Assembly: GCA_024654565.1 (NCBI GenBank)
Contig: JANLHM010000010.1
Coordinates: 1,461-65,460, forward strand
DNA: 64,000 nt
Direction of reading: 5' to 3'
Source: Nanobdellota archaeon
GTDB taxonomy: Archaea; Nanobdellota; Nanobdellia; Pacearchaeales; GW2011-AR1
The notes under the pieces were generated by a model. It was not told the origin of the DNA. It made no database searches and worked only from the letters and a program-made list of their open reading frames with translations. How positions within the stretch are numbered: position 1 is the first letter of the stretch; every line of letters starts with the position of its first letter. The position numbers and the translations under genes were made by a program. Positions 36,119 through 44,553 of this stretch are shown one piece after another.

Positions 36119-37198
36119 TTATCCGTAGATATCAATCCCTAAATCTGACATTCCTTTTGACATAGGCATCGAATGTTCTTCGAAATCCTTTCCTAAGACA
36201 TAAGGAGATTTAACTCCTGTCATAATTGTAATGACACGAACTTTCCCCATGAAGTCTTTTGCGATCCTCGCACCGATAATAACCTGCGCGTCAGGACTAA
36301 GGTTTTCTGAAACAGTTCTACCAATCACATCAAATTCTTCCAATTTTAAATCAGGACCACAAGTCACATGAATCAAAGCACCGCTTGCACCTTTGTAATC
36401 CACATCAAGTAGAGGATGAGTAAGGGCTTGCTTTACTGATTCTTGCACTCTGTCTGTAGCATCTGATTCACCAATTCCTATAACTGCAACTCCACCATTT
36501 TTCATAATAGCAGAAACATCAGCATAGTCAAGGTTAATTAAAGAAGGTAAAGTAATTGTTTCAACTATTCCTTTAACCATTGTACTAACAAGTTCATTAG
36601 CAACTGCAAAAGCCTGCTCCAAAGGAAGCTGACCTGCAATATCTACTAATCTGTTGTTATCAAGTACGATACAAGTGTCTGTTGCTTCTCTCAATTCCTG
36701 AAGTCCAAATTCTGCTTTGTCAATTCTTGCTTTTTCAGATTCGAAAGGCATTGTAACAACTCCAATAACTACTGCCCCTGTTTCCTTCGCAAGTTGAGCA
36801 ACAACGGGTGCTGAACCTGTTCCTGTTCCTCCACCTTCACCAGCAAGGACAAAAACCATATCTGCTCCTGAAACTGCTTTTTTCAAATCAACTAAAGACT
36901 CTTTAGCAGCCTCTCTTCCTCTTGTTGGTTTTCCACCAGCACCTAAGCCCCTTGTAAGTTCTCTTCCTAAAAGGATTTTTTCGTCGGCTTTAGTAACACT
37001 TAGATGCAATGCATCCGTGTTTGCTGCGTAAATCGTCGCACCATTGATTCCCTTATTGAAAAGCCAAGTCACCATATTTGAACCACAACCACCCATTCCG
37101 ATAACCTTAATTGCAGCTTTACCTGCTTTAAGTTCATCAAAATTAATGCTGTGAGTAGCAACGTTTTGAATTGCCTCTTTTGCAAAATCAAGTACCAT
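36119..37198 (-). CDS. ftsZ: Cell division GTPase FtsZ
   Basis: Tubulin signature GGGTGTGSAPVVA, plus GMGGCGSN and NTDA motifs. A GGAGGAG SD-like element lies upstream. Confidence 0.95.
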   Translation of the reverse strand: MVLDFAKEAIQNVATHSINFDELKAGKAAIKVIGMGGCGSNMVTWLFNKGINGATIYAANTDALHLSVTKADEKILLGRELTRGLGAGGKPTRGREAAKESLVDLKKAVSGADMVFVLAGEGGGTGTGSAPVVAQLAKETGAVVIGVVTMPFESEKARIDKAEFGLQELREATDTCIVLDNNRLVDIAGQLPLEQAFAVANELVSTMVKGIVETITLPSLINLDYADVSAIMKNGGVAVIGIGESDATDRVQESVKQALTHPLLDVDYKGASGALIHVTCGPDLKLEEFDVIGRTVSENLSPDAQVIIGARIAKDFMGKVRVITIMTGVKSPYVLGKDFEEHSMPMSKGMSDLGIDIYG

Positions 37199-37317
37199 AA
37201 ATTTTTCTTTTTCTCCTCCTTTTTATTTTTTATTCAAAACCTGGTTATACCAAGTTCCCTACATTAAAAAAAGAACCCGTTTTTATTTAAATATCTTTAT
37301 ATAAATTAGAGAATACT

Positions 37318-37551
37318 TTATTGAAATTGTTCTTCAACTTCTTCATCCCAATTTTCTATGGATTCTACTTTTTTTGGTTTCTGTTTTGGCTCTTCTTTTG
37401 GGGAACCATCTTTAAAGTTTGAATTCGCGATTGCCTCGTTGATGTCATAATCTGAAAATCCATGTGACAAAAGTTGTTGTTTTATCTCCTCAATTTTAAG
37501 GCCCCTTTTCAAGTTTGAATTAATATATCCAGAAAGATCATCTTTATTCAT
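37318..37551 (-). CDS. Small hypothetical protein with acidic C-terminus
   Basis: 77-aa ORF upstream of ftsZ on the same strand. No motif. Confidence 0.4.
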   Translation of the reverse strand: MNKDDLSGYINSNLKRGLKIEEIKQQLLSHGFSDYDINEAIANSNFKDGSPKEEPKQKPKKVESIENWDEEVEEQFQ

Positions 37552-37586
37552 AAAAAAATTAAAGTAATTGCATTATAAAAAAGTTA

Positions 37587-38150
37587 CTAAATTATACTTT
37601 TGAGATTTTTTATCAGTTTCCACCCCTTCTCAAGCTTTCTGTTGCTTTTTTTTGTAACAATTTCCAAAAATGGAGTATCCACCAAAAATTCGCCATTTTT
37701 AAAAATTGGAAATTCAAGTTTTTCAGTTCCATGAAGTTCAACCACAATATTTCGCCCCAAACTGATTACTCCTGAATTTTTAAATCCTGATTTCTGACCT
37801 TTTTCAAGGAGTTTTTCTGCATCTTTAAGTGTCTTACAAATAACGTGAATTATTGGAGGTTCACATTTAAATTTCACTAATTCATCTCCCTCGAATGAAG
37901 AAAGAACTTTCTTTAATTGAAATAAATCAGTTTTATTATGGTTTACCCATATGAAAAGCCCAGCTCCTTTCTTTACTTGATCAATCATTAAAAGAGTCCT
38001 CCCCGAACATGAAGAAGTAGTGTAATAATTTTCATTTTGATTTATTTTTTCACAAAGACCCTTTATTTTTTCATCCCATTCCTGTGCAAACGACTTATCT
38101 TTCTTCGAGAGAACATCCTTCTTCCTTTGAATAAAATTGTCTTCCGCCAT
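37587..38150 (-). CDS. taw3: tRNA wyosine-derivative methyltransferase Taw3/TYW3-like
   Basis: YYTTSSCSGR matches the TYW3 S-S-C-S-G-R signature, and the size fits. Confidence 0.75.
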   Translation of the reverse strand: MAEDNFIQRKKDVLSKKDKSFAQEWDEKIKGLCEKINQNENYYTTSSCSGRTLLMIDQVKKGAGLFIWVNHNKTDLFQLKKVLSSFEGDELVKFKCEPPIIHVICKTLKDAEKLLEKGQKSGFKNSGVISLGRNIVVELHGTEKLEFPIFKNGEFLVDTPFLEIVTKKSNRKLEKGWKLIKNLKSII

Positions 38151-38308
38151 TAAAAGAAATACCTGAAGAACAATTTAAATAATTAACCAAAAACTAAAAA
38201 AATTTAGTAATAACAAAAGAGGAACAAAGATTTAAAAAGAAAATTTCATATGAAAAGAGTAGTAACAAAAAGAGATGAAAAAGAATTCCAAAAAAAACTA
38301 ATTCTAAA

Positions 38309-39349
38309 ATGCTTATAACGAATGTAAGTCAGCTTAAAACCCTCCTTGAAAAGAAAAATATATTTCTTTCAGTTGAAGAGTTGAATGAAATTGAAGAAGT
38401 CACAAAAAAATACCCAATGAGAATGAGCGAGTATTATTTCTCACTGATAAAAGAGAAAAATGACCCCATATGGAATCAATGTGTTCCTAAAATTGAAGAA
38501 ATTGAAATTGAGTCAGGTGAAGAAGACCCTCTTCACGAAGAAAACCAAATCCCCTTTTTAACACACAGATATCCTGACCGATGCCTTCTTTTAATCTCTA
38601 ACACATGTGGGATGTATTGTAGGTTCTGCACAAGAAAGAGGAAAGTTGGAGAAATAAAGAAAAACCCAACAAAAAAAGCAATAGAAAAAGCAATTGAATA
38701 TATTAAGGAACACAAAGAAATAAGAGATGTAATTTTGTCAGGGGGGGACCCCTTACTTCTTAGTGTTGAAACTCTTGAGAGAATTTTAATTGATTTAAGA
38801 AAAATAGATCATATTGAAGTGATTAGGATAGGAACAAGAGCCCCATGCACAATGCCTGAGAGAGTAACGGATAAACTTTGTGAGACCTTAAAAAAATACA
38901 ACAGAAACCCTATGCTCTACATAAATGTCCATTTTGAACATCCCGATGAAATCACTCCAAAATCAAAAGCTGCATGTGAAAAGTTACTTGACGCAGGAAT
39001 TCCGCTTGGAAATCAAAGTGTCGTGTTAAAAGGAGTAAATAGCAATTCTGAAACTTTTAAGGAACTTAATAGGAAACTTTTGTCAATAGGAGTAAAACCA
39101 TATTACCTTTACCAGCCTGACCTTGTTAAGGGGACAAAACACTTTATCGGTCCAGTTAAAGAGGGGATAAAAATAATCAAAGGTCTCCGAGGCCACACAA
39201 GCGGAATGGCTGTTCCTCATTTTGTAATTGATGCTCCTGGAGGAGGAGGAAAAATCCCCCTACTCCCAAATTATGCAAAAATACAGAAAAGTGGAAAAGT
39301 AAAAATGAAAAATTATGAGGGTAAAAGTTTTGAATATAGTCTGGATTAA
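38309..39349 (+). CDS. Lysine 2,3-aminomutase-family radical SAM enzyme (KamA/EpmB-like, short form)
   Basis: Radical SAM cluster CGMYCRFCTRKR, then SGGDPL, with LTHRYPDR upstream. This is the typical KamA-family layout. At 346 aa it is EpmB-sized. Confidence 0.85.
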   Translation: MLITNVSQLKTLLEKKNIFLSVEELNEIEEVTKKYPMRMSEYYFSLIKEKNDPIWNQCVPKIEEIEIESGEEDPLHEENQIPFLTHRYPDRCLLLISNTCGMYCRFCTRKRKVGEIKKNPTKKAIEKAIEYIKEHKEIRDVILSGGDPLLLSVETLERILIDLRKIDHIEVIRIGTRAPCTMPERVTDKLCETLKKYNRNPMLYINVHFEHPDEITPKSKAACEKLLDAGIPLGNQSVVLKGVNSNSETFKELNRKLLSIGVKPYYLYQPDLVKGTKHFIGPVKEGIKIIKGLRGHTSGMAVPHFVIDAPGGGGKIPLLPNYAKIQKSGKVKMKNYEGKSFEYSLD

Positions 39350-40020
39350 TTTTTCTCCAAAATCTCAACCTGAATCCCCTCTGCTTCACAAAGTTCCTTA
39401 AATTCTTCAGCGTCACTTCTTGCACCAATAATTGTTCCCCAATGCATGGGAATTGCGACAGATGGTTTGATTATTTTTGCGGCTTCTGCTGCTTCTTCAG
39501 CACTCATTGTAAACCTCCCCCCAATAGGCAAAAGTGCAACAAACTTTTTACCAGGTTGATTGTGTCCAGTTAACTTTTGCATTTCAGGGATGACGTCCGT
39601 GTCTCCCGCATGATAAACTATTAAATCATTAAATTTTATTACATACCCTACAAGCCCTTCTTCTTTTGGGTGAAAACTCTTGTCAATGTTGTAAGCCGGA
39701 ACTGTGGAAATTTTAACCATTCCAAAATCATATTCCTGCCCCGGAGAAACTACTTCCATCCTTATTGGAACTTGAAAACGTGCAACCTTACTTTGTGAGT
39801 CGGCAGTCATAAGAATTCTTGTTCCATCCTGAACAATTTTTCCAATATCTTCAAAACTGCAATGATCAAAGTGACTGTGAGTAAGAAGTATAATGTCAGC
39901 CTTTGGTAGCCCACTTTTTATTTTAAATGGATCAATGTAAATTACTTTAGAGTTTTTCAATAAAAATCCTGAGTGTCCAAGCCACTCAATCTCAATTTCC
40001 CCTAATTCCATATATCCCAA
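39346..40020 (-). CDS. Metallo-beta-lactamase-fold hydrolase (UPF0173-like)
   Basis: LLTHSHFDHC (the HxHxDH motif) and a later HAGD. Confidence 0.8.
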   Translation of the reverse strand: MGYMELGEIEIEWLGHSGFLLKNSKVIYIDPFKIKSGLPKADIILLTHSHFDHCSFEDIGKIVQDGTRILMTADSQSKVARFQVPIRMEVVSPGQEYDFGMVKISTVPAYNIDKSFHPKEEGLVGYVIKFNDLIVYHAGDTDVIPEMQKLTGHNQPGKKFVALLPIGGRFTMSAEEAAEAAKIIKPSVAIPMHWGTIIGARSDAEEFKELCEAEGIQVEILEKN

Positions 40021-40082
40021 AATAAAAATCGCTTTTTAAGTTTTTATATTTTCTCAAGATTGTTAACTTAAAAATCACAGTT

Positions 40083-40241
40083 TTATCGGGTCTTCTCTGA
40101 AAAAACTTCAACTAATCTGTAATAAGAAGACTTTATTATGTACTCGCAATCAATCTGAAGATGTGCATAAATTCCTTGATCAATACTTTTCACAAAGAAA
40201 ATTCCTGCATCTTTAAGGATATCCAAAAGACTCTTAACCAT
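40083..40241 (-). CDS. Possible 52-aa small ORF (below the ORF-track cutoff)
   Basis: My own translation: MVKSLLDILKDAGIFFVKSIDQGIYAHLQIDCEYIIKSSYYRLVEVFSEKTR*. It fills an otherwise empty 250-nt gap. No motif. Confidence 0.25.
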   Translation of the reverse strand: MVKSLLDILKDAGIFFVKSIDQGIYAHLQIDCEYIIKSSYYRLVEVFSEKTR

Positions 40242-40271
40242 ATTGCTTAGAAAAGGGGATTATTTAAATAA

Positions 40272-41309
40272 TTATCCAAAAACCCTTTTTTTAAAAATTT
40301 CTTCATCTTCAAGAAGAACTCCTGCTGCAGCAGCAGATATATGACCCCCTCCATTCGCGCCGGAAAGTCCCTGGACTGCTTCACTCATAAGTTTTCCCAT
40401 ATCTATTATTGAATTTGGACTCCTTGCACTAAATTTTGCATGTTCTTTAGATTTATACATAAAAATAAAGTTTTTGTTAGGGTTATACCCTGCAATCAAA
40501 GTTGCAACATAACTTAATACATCAAACCTTGAGTTTATTTCATAAAAATAAATGTCTTTTTCAGAAAAATATTTTTTTTCTTTTTCAAAGTCATCAACAA
40601 TTCTGTACACTTCTTCTTCAATAAGTTCATAAATTTCAAGAATTTCATCCATCTTTTTTTCTTTTACCATTTCATAAACATGCTTTATATCATTCTTGTA
40701 ATAAACAAGAGCCGAAGAAATTCTTCTTGCATTTAATCCTGGAACTGATGAAGAAAGGCCTTCCAAACTCAGTTCAGGATAGAAAGACTCCATAAATTGA
40801 AAGTTCTTTTCGGACCTAAAAGCATAATCAGCAAATATTGCCGCTGAAACAAGCCACCCCCATGATTCATACTCTATAAGCCCCTCCCCTAAAACAAAAG
40901 TTACTAACGCACAACAATCCCCAGAAACACTCTTGATTACGTTGGAAGTGTAATCAAACTCAGAGTTAACAGGATGGTGATCAATCAAAAAAACATCTTT
41001 TTCTTCCCTTAATTCATTAAAACCATCTAAATCAATTGATTCAACATTTAAATCACTAAAAAAGACCTTTGTAATCCCCTTGTCTTTTAATTCAAGGGAA
41101 ATTTCCTTAACCATGTCCCTCTTTATTTCAAGGAAATTTATGTAATCAACTTTTATTCCCCTTGCCTCAAGAATTTTTTCAATGAAAAGACCTGAAGCAA
41201 TACCATCAAGGTCAGTGTGTGTTAAGATTGCTACCTTGTCATAAAGTCCTATTGAGTCCAAAAACCTTAAAAAATCATCTTTTGAACCCTTTAAGTAAAC
41301 AATATCCAT
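40272..41309 (-). CDS. Stand-alone DHH/DHHA1 phosphoesterase (NrnA/Pde2-like size)
   Basis: DHH motifs LTHTDLDGIASG and FLIDHHP. DHHA1 motif GGGHISAAAG. Confidence 0.8.
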   Translation of the reverse strand: MDIVYLKGSKDDFLRFLDSIGLYDKVAILTHTDLDGIASGLFIEKILEARGIKVDYINFLEIKRDMVKEISLELKDKGITKVFFSDLNVESIDLDGFNELREEKDVFLIDHHPVNSEFDYTSNVIKSVSGDCCALVTFVLGEGLIEYESWGWLVSAAIFADYAFRSEKNFQFMESFYPELSLEGLSSSVPGLNARRISSALVYYKNDIKHVYEMVKEKKMDEILEIYELIEEEVYRIVDDFEKEKKYFSEKDIYFYEINSRFDVLSYVATLIAGYNPNKNFIFMYKSKEHAKFSARSPNSIIDMGKLMSEAVQGLSGANGGGHISAAAAGVLLEDEEIFKKRVFG

Positions 41310-41432
41310 GGAAATATGAAAGGTAGACTCTTTTTAAAATTTGACTTATTTGGTTTTTTACTTTTGAAATACAATTCAATAATTACAAAATAGAACAATT
41401 AAATTTATAACCTTAAGGAAGATTGAATCTGT

Positions 41433-41663
41433 ATGTCAATAGAAACAATGAACTACATAAATGCCTTGAAATCAAGAAAACTGAGAGATGTAAAGGTCGC
41501 AAGTTTTGACAGACAAGACTTCATAAAAAAGCAAGACAATAAGTGCTCAAAATGTAAAAAGGATTTGCGTCCTGGATACTACAAAATTAATGTAGATCCA
41601 AAAACAAAGGAAAAGAGTGCTATTTGCTCTGACTGTTTAATTACTATTCCCGAAAGAAGATAA
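41433..41663 (+). CDS. Small zinc-ribbon protein, unknown function
   Basis: CSKC...CSDC pairs in a 76-aa ORF. Confidence 0.4.
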   Translation: MSIETMNYINALKSRKLRDVKVASFDRQDFIKKQDNKCSKCKKDLRPGYYKINVDPKTKEKSAICSDCLITIPERR

Positions 41664-41682
41664 TGAATTTAAAAGAAAAAAC

Positions 41683-41940
41683 TTATTTTTGCACCTTTCT
41701 TGAAAACTTAAAAATTAATTGGTAAAAACTTTTTACAAAATTCCCGTCTAATGCAGTTTTTTTGAGAACCCTTTCGACAAACTCTTTCTCTCTTTTTACA
41801 TCCCTTATTTTAAGATTGTTTTTCCTTTTGAAGTCGCCAATTCTCTTTGAGATTTTCATCCTCTCTTCCAAAAGAGAGATTATTCTTCTGTCAACAGAAT
41901 CTATTTCTTTTCTAAACTTGTCAATCATAAAGTCACCCAA
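41683..41940 (-). CDS. Chorismate mutase (AroQ/type II)
   Basis: FRKEIDSVDRRIISLLEERMKISKRIGDFKRKNNLKIRDVKREKEF is the typical AroQ helix 1-2 pattern. The start may be the internal MIDKF. Confidence 0.7.
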   Translation of the reverse strand: MGDFMIDKFRKEIDSVDRRIISLLEERMKISKRIGDFKRKNNLKIRDVKREKEFVERVLKKTALDGNFVKSFYQLIFKFSRKVQK

Positions 41941-41994
41941 AAACTAACCGCATCTCTTAAAAATAAAAATTAAAAATCAAAGAAAGGCTAAGCC

Positions 41995-42084
41995 TTACTC
42001 TGAATCGTCTTCGAATTCGTCGTCGTCGCCTTCTTCCTTATCGTCATCGAATTCGTCGTCTTCATCGTATTCTTCTTTTGCCAT
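41995..42084 (-). CDS. Possible 29-aa extremely acidic micro-protein
   Basis: My own translation: MAKEEYDEDDEFDDDKEEGDDDEFEDDSE*. A GAGAGGT SD-like element lies 8 nt upstream of the ATG. There is an internal duplication (two DDEF units, each with a GAATTC). Confidence 0.35.
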   Translation of the reverse strand: MAKEEYDEDDEFDDDKEEGDDDEFEDDSE

Positions 42085-42191
42085 TTTTGAATACCTCTCG
42101 GTTTAATTAAAATCATATTCTTTGAAGACTTTTTAAAGTTTGCGAAAAACTCAAAGTGACAAAAAAGGGGGGGAAAGTTTAAAAGGAAAGT

Positions 42192-43064
42192 TTAACGAAT
42201 TTTTGAGATTTTTGCACTCTTCACTTTCCCTTTTTTGTCATCAATTTCAACAATTGCAAAGTATCCGTGATGAATTGAACCACAATTTACAGAAACCGTT
42301 TTTTTGAGTTTATCTTGTCCCTTACCTTCCTCAATATGGCCACACAAATGAAGTATAGGTCGGTACTTTTCAACAATTCTTCTAAAAAGTTTTCCACCGT
42401 AATGTTTTCGCATTACAAGTTTGTGAGCACCTTTTGCTTTTATTAAGTCAAGTTTTGTTTTATACAAAGGAACATGAGTTACAAATACCACCTTGCCCAA
42501 TTTATTCTCCCTTGAGAATTCTCTAAATAGTTTTTCGAGTTTTTTTCTCGACTTGGAGTACGCTCTACTCTTAACCCTTCCGGGAAAACTGTGACCCCTT
42601 GCACCAATAAAGACGTAATCTCTAAATTTAAATGAAGAGTAATCAATTTTAGTTACATTTTTCAGATGATCCATAAAATTGGCAAGATGCACACTCCTTT
42701 CCAACTCCCATTTCCATTCATTTTTTTCCTTTTTTAAATCCATAACATCATCAGGAAGGGAGTAATCATGATTTCCAAGAACACTTATTACTTTAACTGG
42801 AAGTTTATCTAATTTTAATAAGACTTCTTCTCCCTTATGATGATCCTTTTCAACAATTTGCTTATACTTCTCTTTACCTAAAACGTTTTTATCCCACAAA
42901 TGAACATCCTTTTTTCCATAAATATGTTTAAAAAAAAGTTTACCCAAAGAAAATGGGGGATAATCTCCCACCGAAACAACTAAATCTATTTTTTCTTTTT
43001 GAACAACTGAATTAAGTTTTAAAGGGAATTTTCCATGAAAATCTCCTAGAACTAGTAGTTTCAT
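42192..43064 (-). CDS. Calcineurin-like metallophosphoesterase
   Basis: MKLLVLGDFHG, VGDY, GNHD and GHIEEG motifs. Confidence 0.8.
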   Translation of the reverse strand: MKLLVLGDFHGKFPLKLNSVVQKEKIDLVVSVGDYPPFSLGKLFFKHIYGKKDVHLWDKNVLGKEKYKQIVEKDHHKGEEVLLKLDKLPVKVISVLGNHDYSLPDDVMDLKKEKNEWKWELERSVHLANFMDHLKNVTKIDYSSFKFRDYVFIGARGHSFPGRVKSRAYSKSRKKLEKLFREFSRENKLGKVVFVTHVPLYKTKLDLIKAKGAHKLVMRKHYGGKLFRRIVEKYRPILHLCGHIEEGKGQDKLKKTVSVNCGSIHHGYFAIVEIDDKKGKVKSAKISKIR

Positions 43065-44377
43065 TTTTTATTATCCATCGATTTAACTGCTATCAACAAA
43101 GTCCCAATTTGAAGTTTAATTAAATTCCCAATTGGGATTATTTTATACTTTGAATTTCTCCTAATATAATCAAAAATCAAATTCATCTTAAATTCAACTT
43201 CTTTGATTAATTCTTTAATTTCCTTATTCTGTTTTGATTCTATTAGTAATCTTCTGAATGAGCCCAGAAGTAAAGAATCCTGAAACCTCCTATTAATTTC
43301 AGCTGAAAAATTTTCTGCGACAGTAATTTTTCTAGAAAGTTTAATCTTCTTTAGGTTCTCCAAATAAGCCTTTGCCCCAATTTGCCAGTTTTTAATATTT
43401 GAAATCATTTCATAAAAGGGAGATTTTTTGTTTATTCCCCTCATTTCAAAATTGCCAAAAATAAAATCAAAAGTATCTAACTGCCTTTTGTAAGCCTCAA
43501 AAAAAATTTCCTTATAAGAATATTTTAATTTTTTGCGATTTGAAATTTTTTTGTCATAAATATAAGGAATTTCGCCTACAATTCCGAGACATTTTGGATT
43601 CACTTTTTTAGAATAATCAATACTTGCCTGACCCCCTTCAGTTTCTTTCTTTGCATCAGCACCATTCTTCTCCATGAAATCATAAATCTCTTCAACAAAA
43701 GGAACTTGATAAATTGGTTTTTTGAATTCTTTTAAGAAAGGCATTTCTGGTTCACCCATATCAAGAGGAATTTTAAGTTTTTGGGATAAAGAGATAATTT
43801 CTTTGTAGGATTCTTGATTTAAAGGTTTTGAAATTAAAAAAAATGCTCCCTGAAAGCCTGCATTATGTAAGGGATAATCAATAACTGGTTTTATTTTATC
43901 AATTAATTTTTTTAAAGCAAGGGTATTTTTTGGAACATTTGAGAAATTATATCCTTTGTACTTCCAAGGAAAACCCCAGTCTGTTTGTAAATGAGGGGGG
44001 GAGCGATAATAATTTTCCGCATATTTATTAATTGTAAACTTTCCCTTAAACCACCCTTCATTTAATTTTGCACCATCTGGGTCTGCACAAGGAATTATGT
44101 ACCAAGTAAATCTTTCATGTAACTTTTTACTTTTCTTTATCAGTTTAATTAGTTCCAGAGAAGATAAAGAACCAATCGGCTCATTTGGATGGGGAAACCC
44201 AAAAATTAGAGCACTTTCTTTTCCTACACCTATTTTTACACAAAAAATATCTTCACCATACCTACTTTTTCCCAAATTAATTAACTCATCTTTTGAGGCA
44301 ATCTTCTTAATCTCAGAATTAATTTCCTTGACAGTTAAGAATTCTTTATAGTCTTTTATTTCTCTTAATTCCTTCAT
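43061..44377 (-). CDS. M14-like zinc carboxypeptidase-fold protein
   Basis: FGFPHPNEPIG (HxxE zinc ligands), PCADPDG, and a later PLHNAG (third His). This is pattern-level recognition only. Confidence 0.5.
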   Translation of the reverse strand: MKELREIKDYKEFLTVKEINSEIKKIASKDELINLGKSRYGEDIFCVKIGVGKESALIFGFPHPNEPIGSLSSLELIKLIKKSKKLHERFTWYIIPCADPDGAKLNEGWFKGKFTINKYAENYYRSPPHLQTDWGFPWKYKGYNFSNVPKNTLALKKLIDKIKPVIDYPLHNAGFQGAFFLISKPLNQESYKEIISLSQKLKIPLDMGEPEMPFLKEFKKPIYQVPFVEEIYDFMEKNGADAKKETEGGQASIDYSKKVNPKCLGIVGEIPYIYDKKISNRKKLKYSYKEIFFEAYKRQLDTFDFIFGNFEMRGINKKSPFYEMISNIKNWQIGAKAYLENLKKIKLSRKITVAENFSAEINRRFQDSLLLGSFRRLLIESKQNKEIKELIKEVEFKMNLIFDYIRRNSKYKIIPIGNLIKLQIGTLLIAVKSMDNKK

Positions 44378-44553
44378 CTTTCCTCCGCATTAGATTTACC
44401 TTTATTGAAAAAAATATATTTTATGTAAATTCTCCATTCTTCAATTCCAGAATAGTCTCCAACACCCATTACAAAATCAAATTCATGTTTTGGGATTCCC
44501 CTTTTTAACTTAGTAAGATTTCCATGTATATCCCCAAGAACAAGGAGTTTCAT
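44374..44553 (-). pseudogene. Intact 59-codon ORF equal to the N-terminal fragment of a metallophosphoesterase (paralogous to 42192-43064)
   Basis: My own translation: MKLLVLGDIHGNLTKLKRGIPKHEFDFVMGVGDYSGIEEWRIYIKYIFFNKGKSNAEER*. Compare the full gene: MKLLVLGDFHGKFPLKLNSVVQKEKIDLVVSVGDYPPFSLGKLFFKHIYGKK. It has ATGA overlaps with both neighbours. Confidence 0.45.

Noticed and set aside
38250-38318. A 22-codon upstream ORF overlapping the kamA-like start
   Set aside because: It is out of frame with kamA, has no SD or TATA support, and consists of K-rich low complexity. It is probably a chance ORF.
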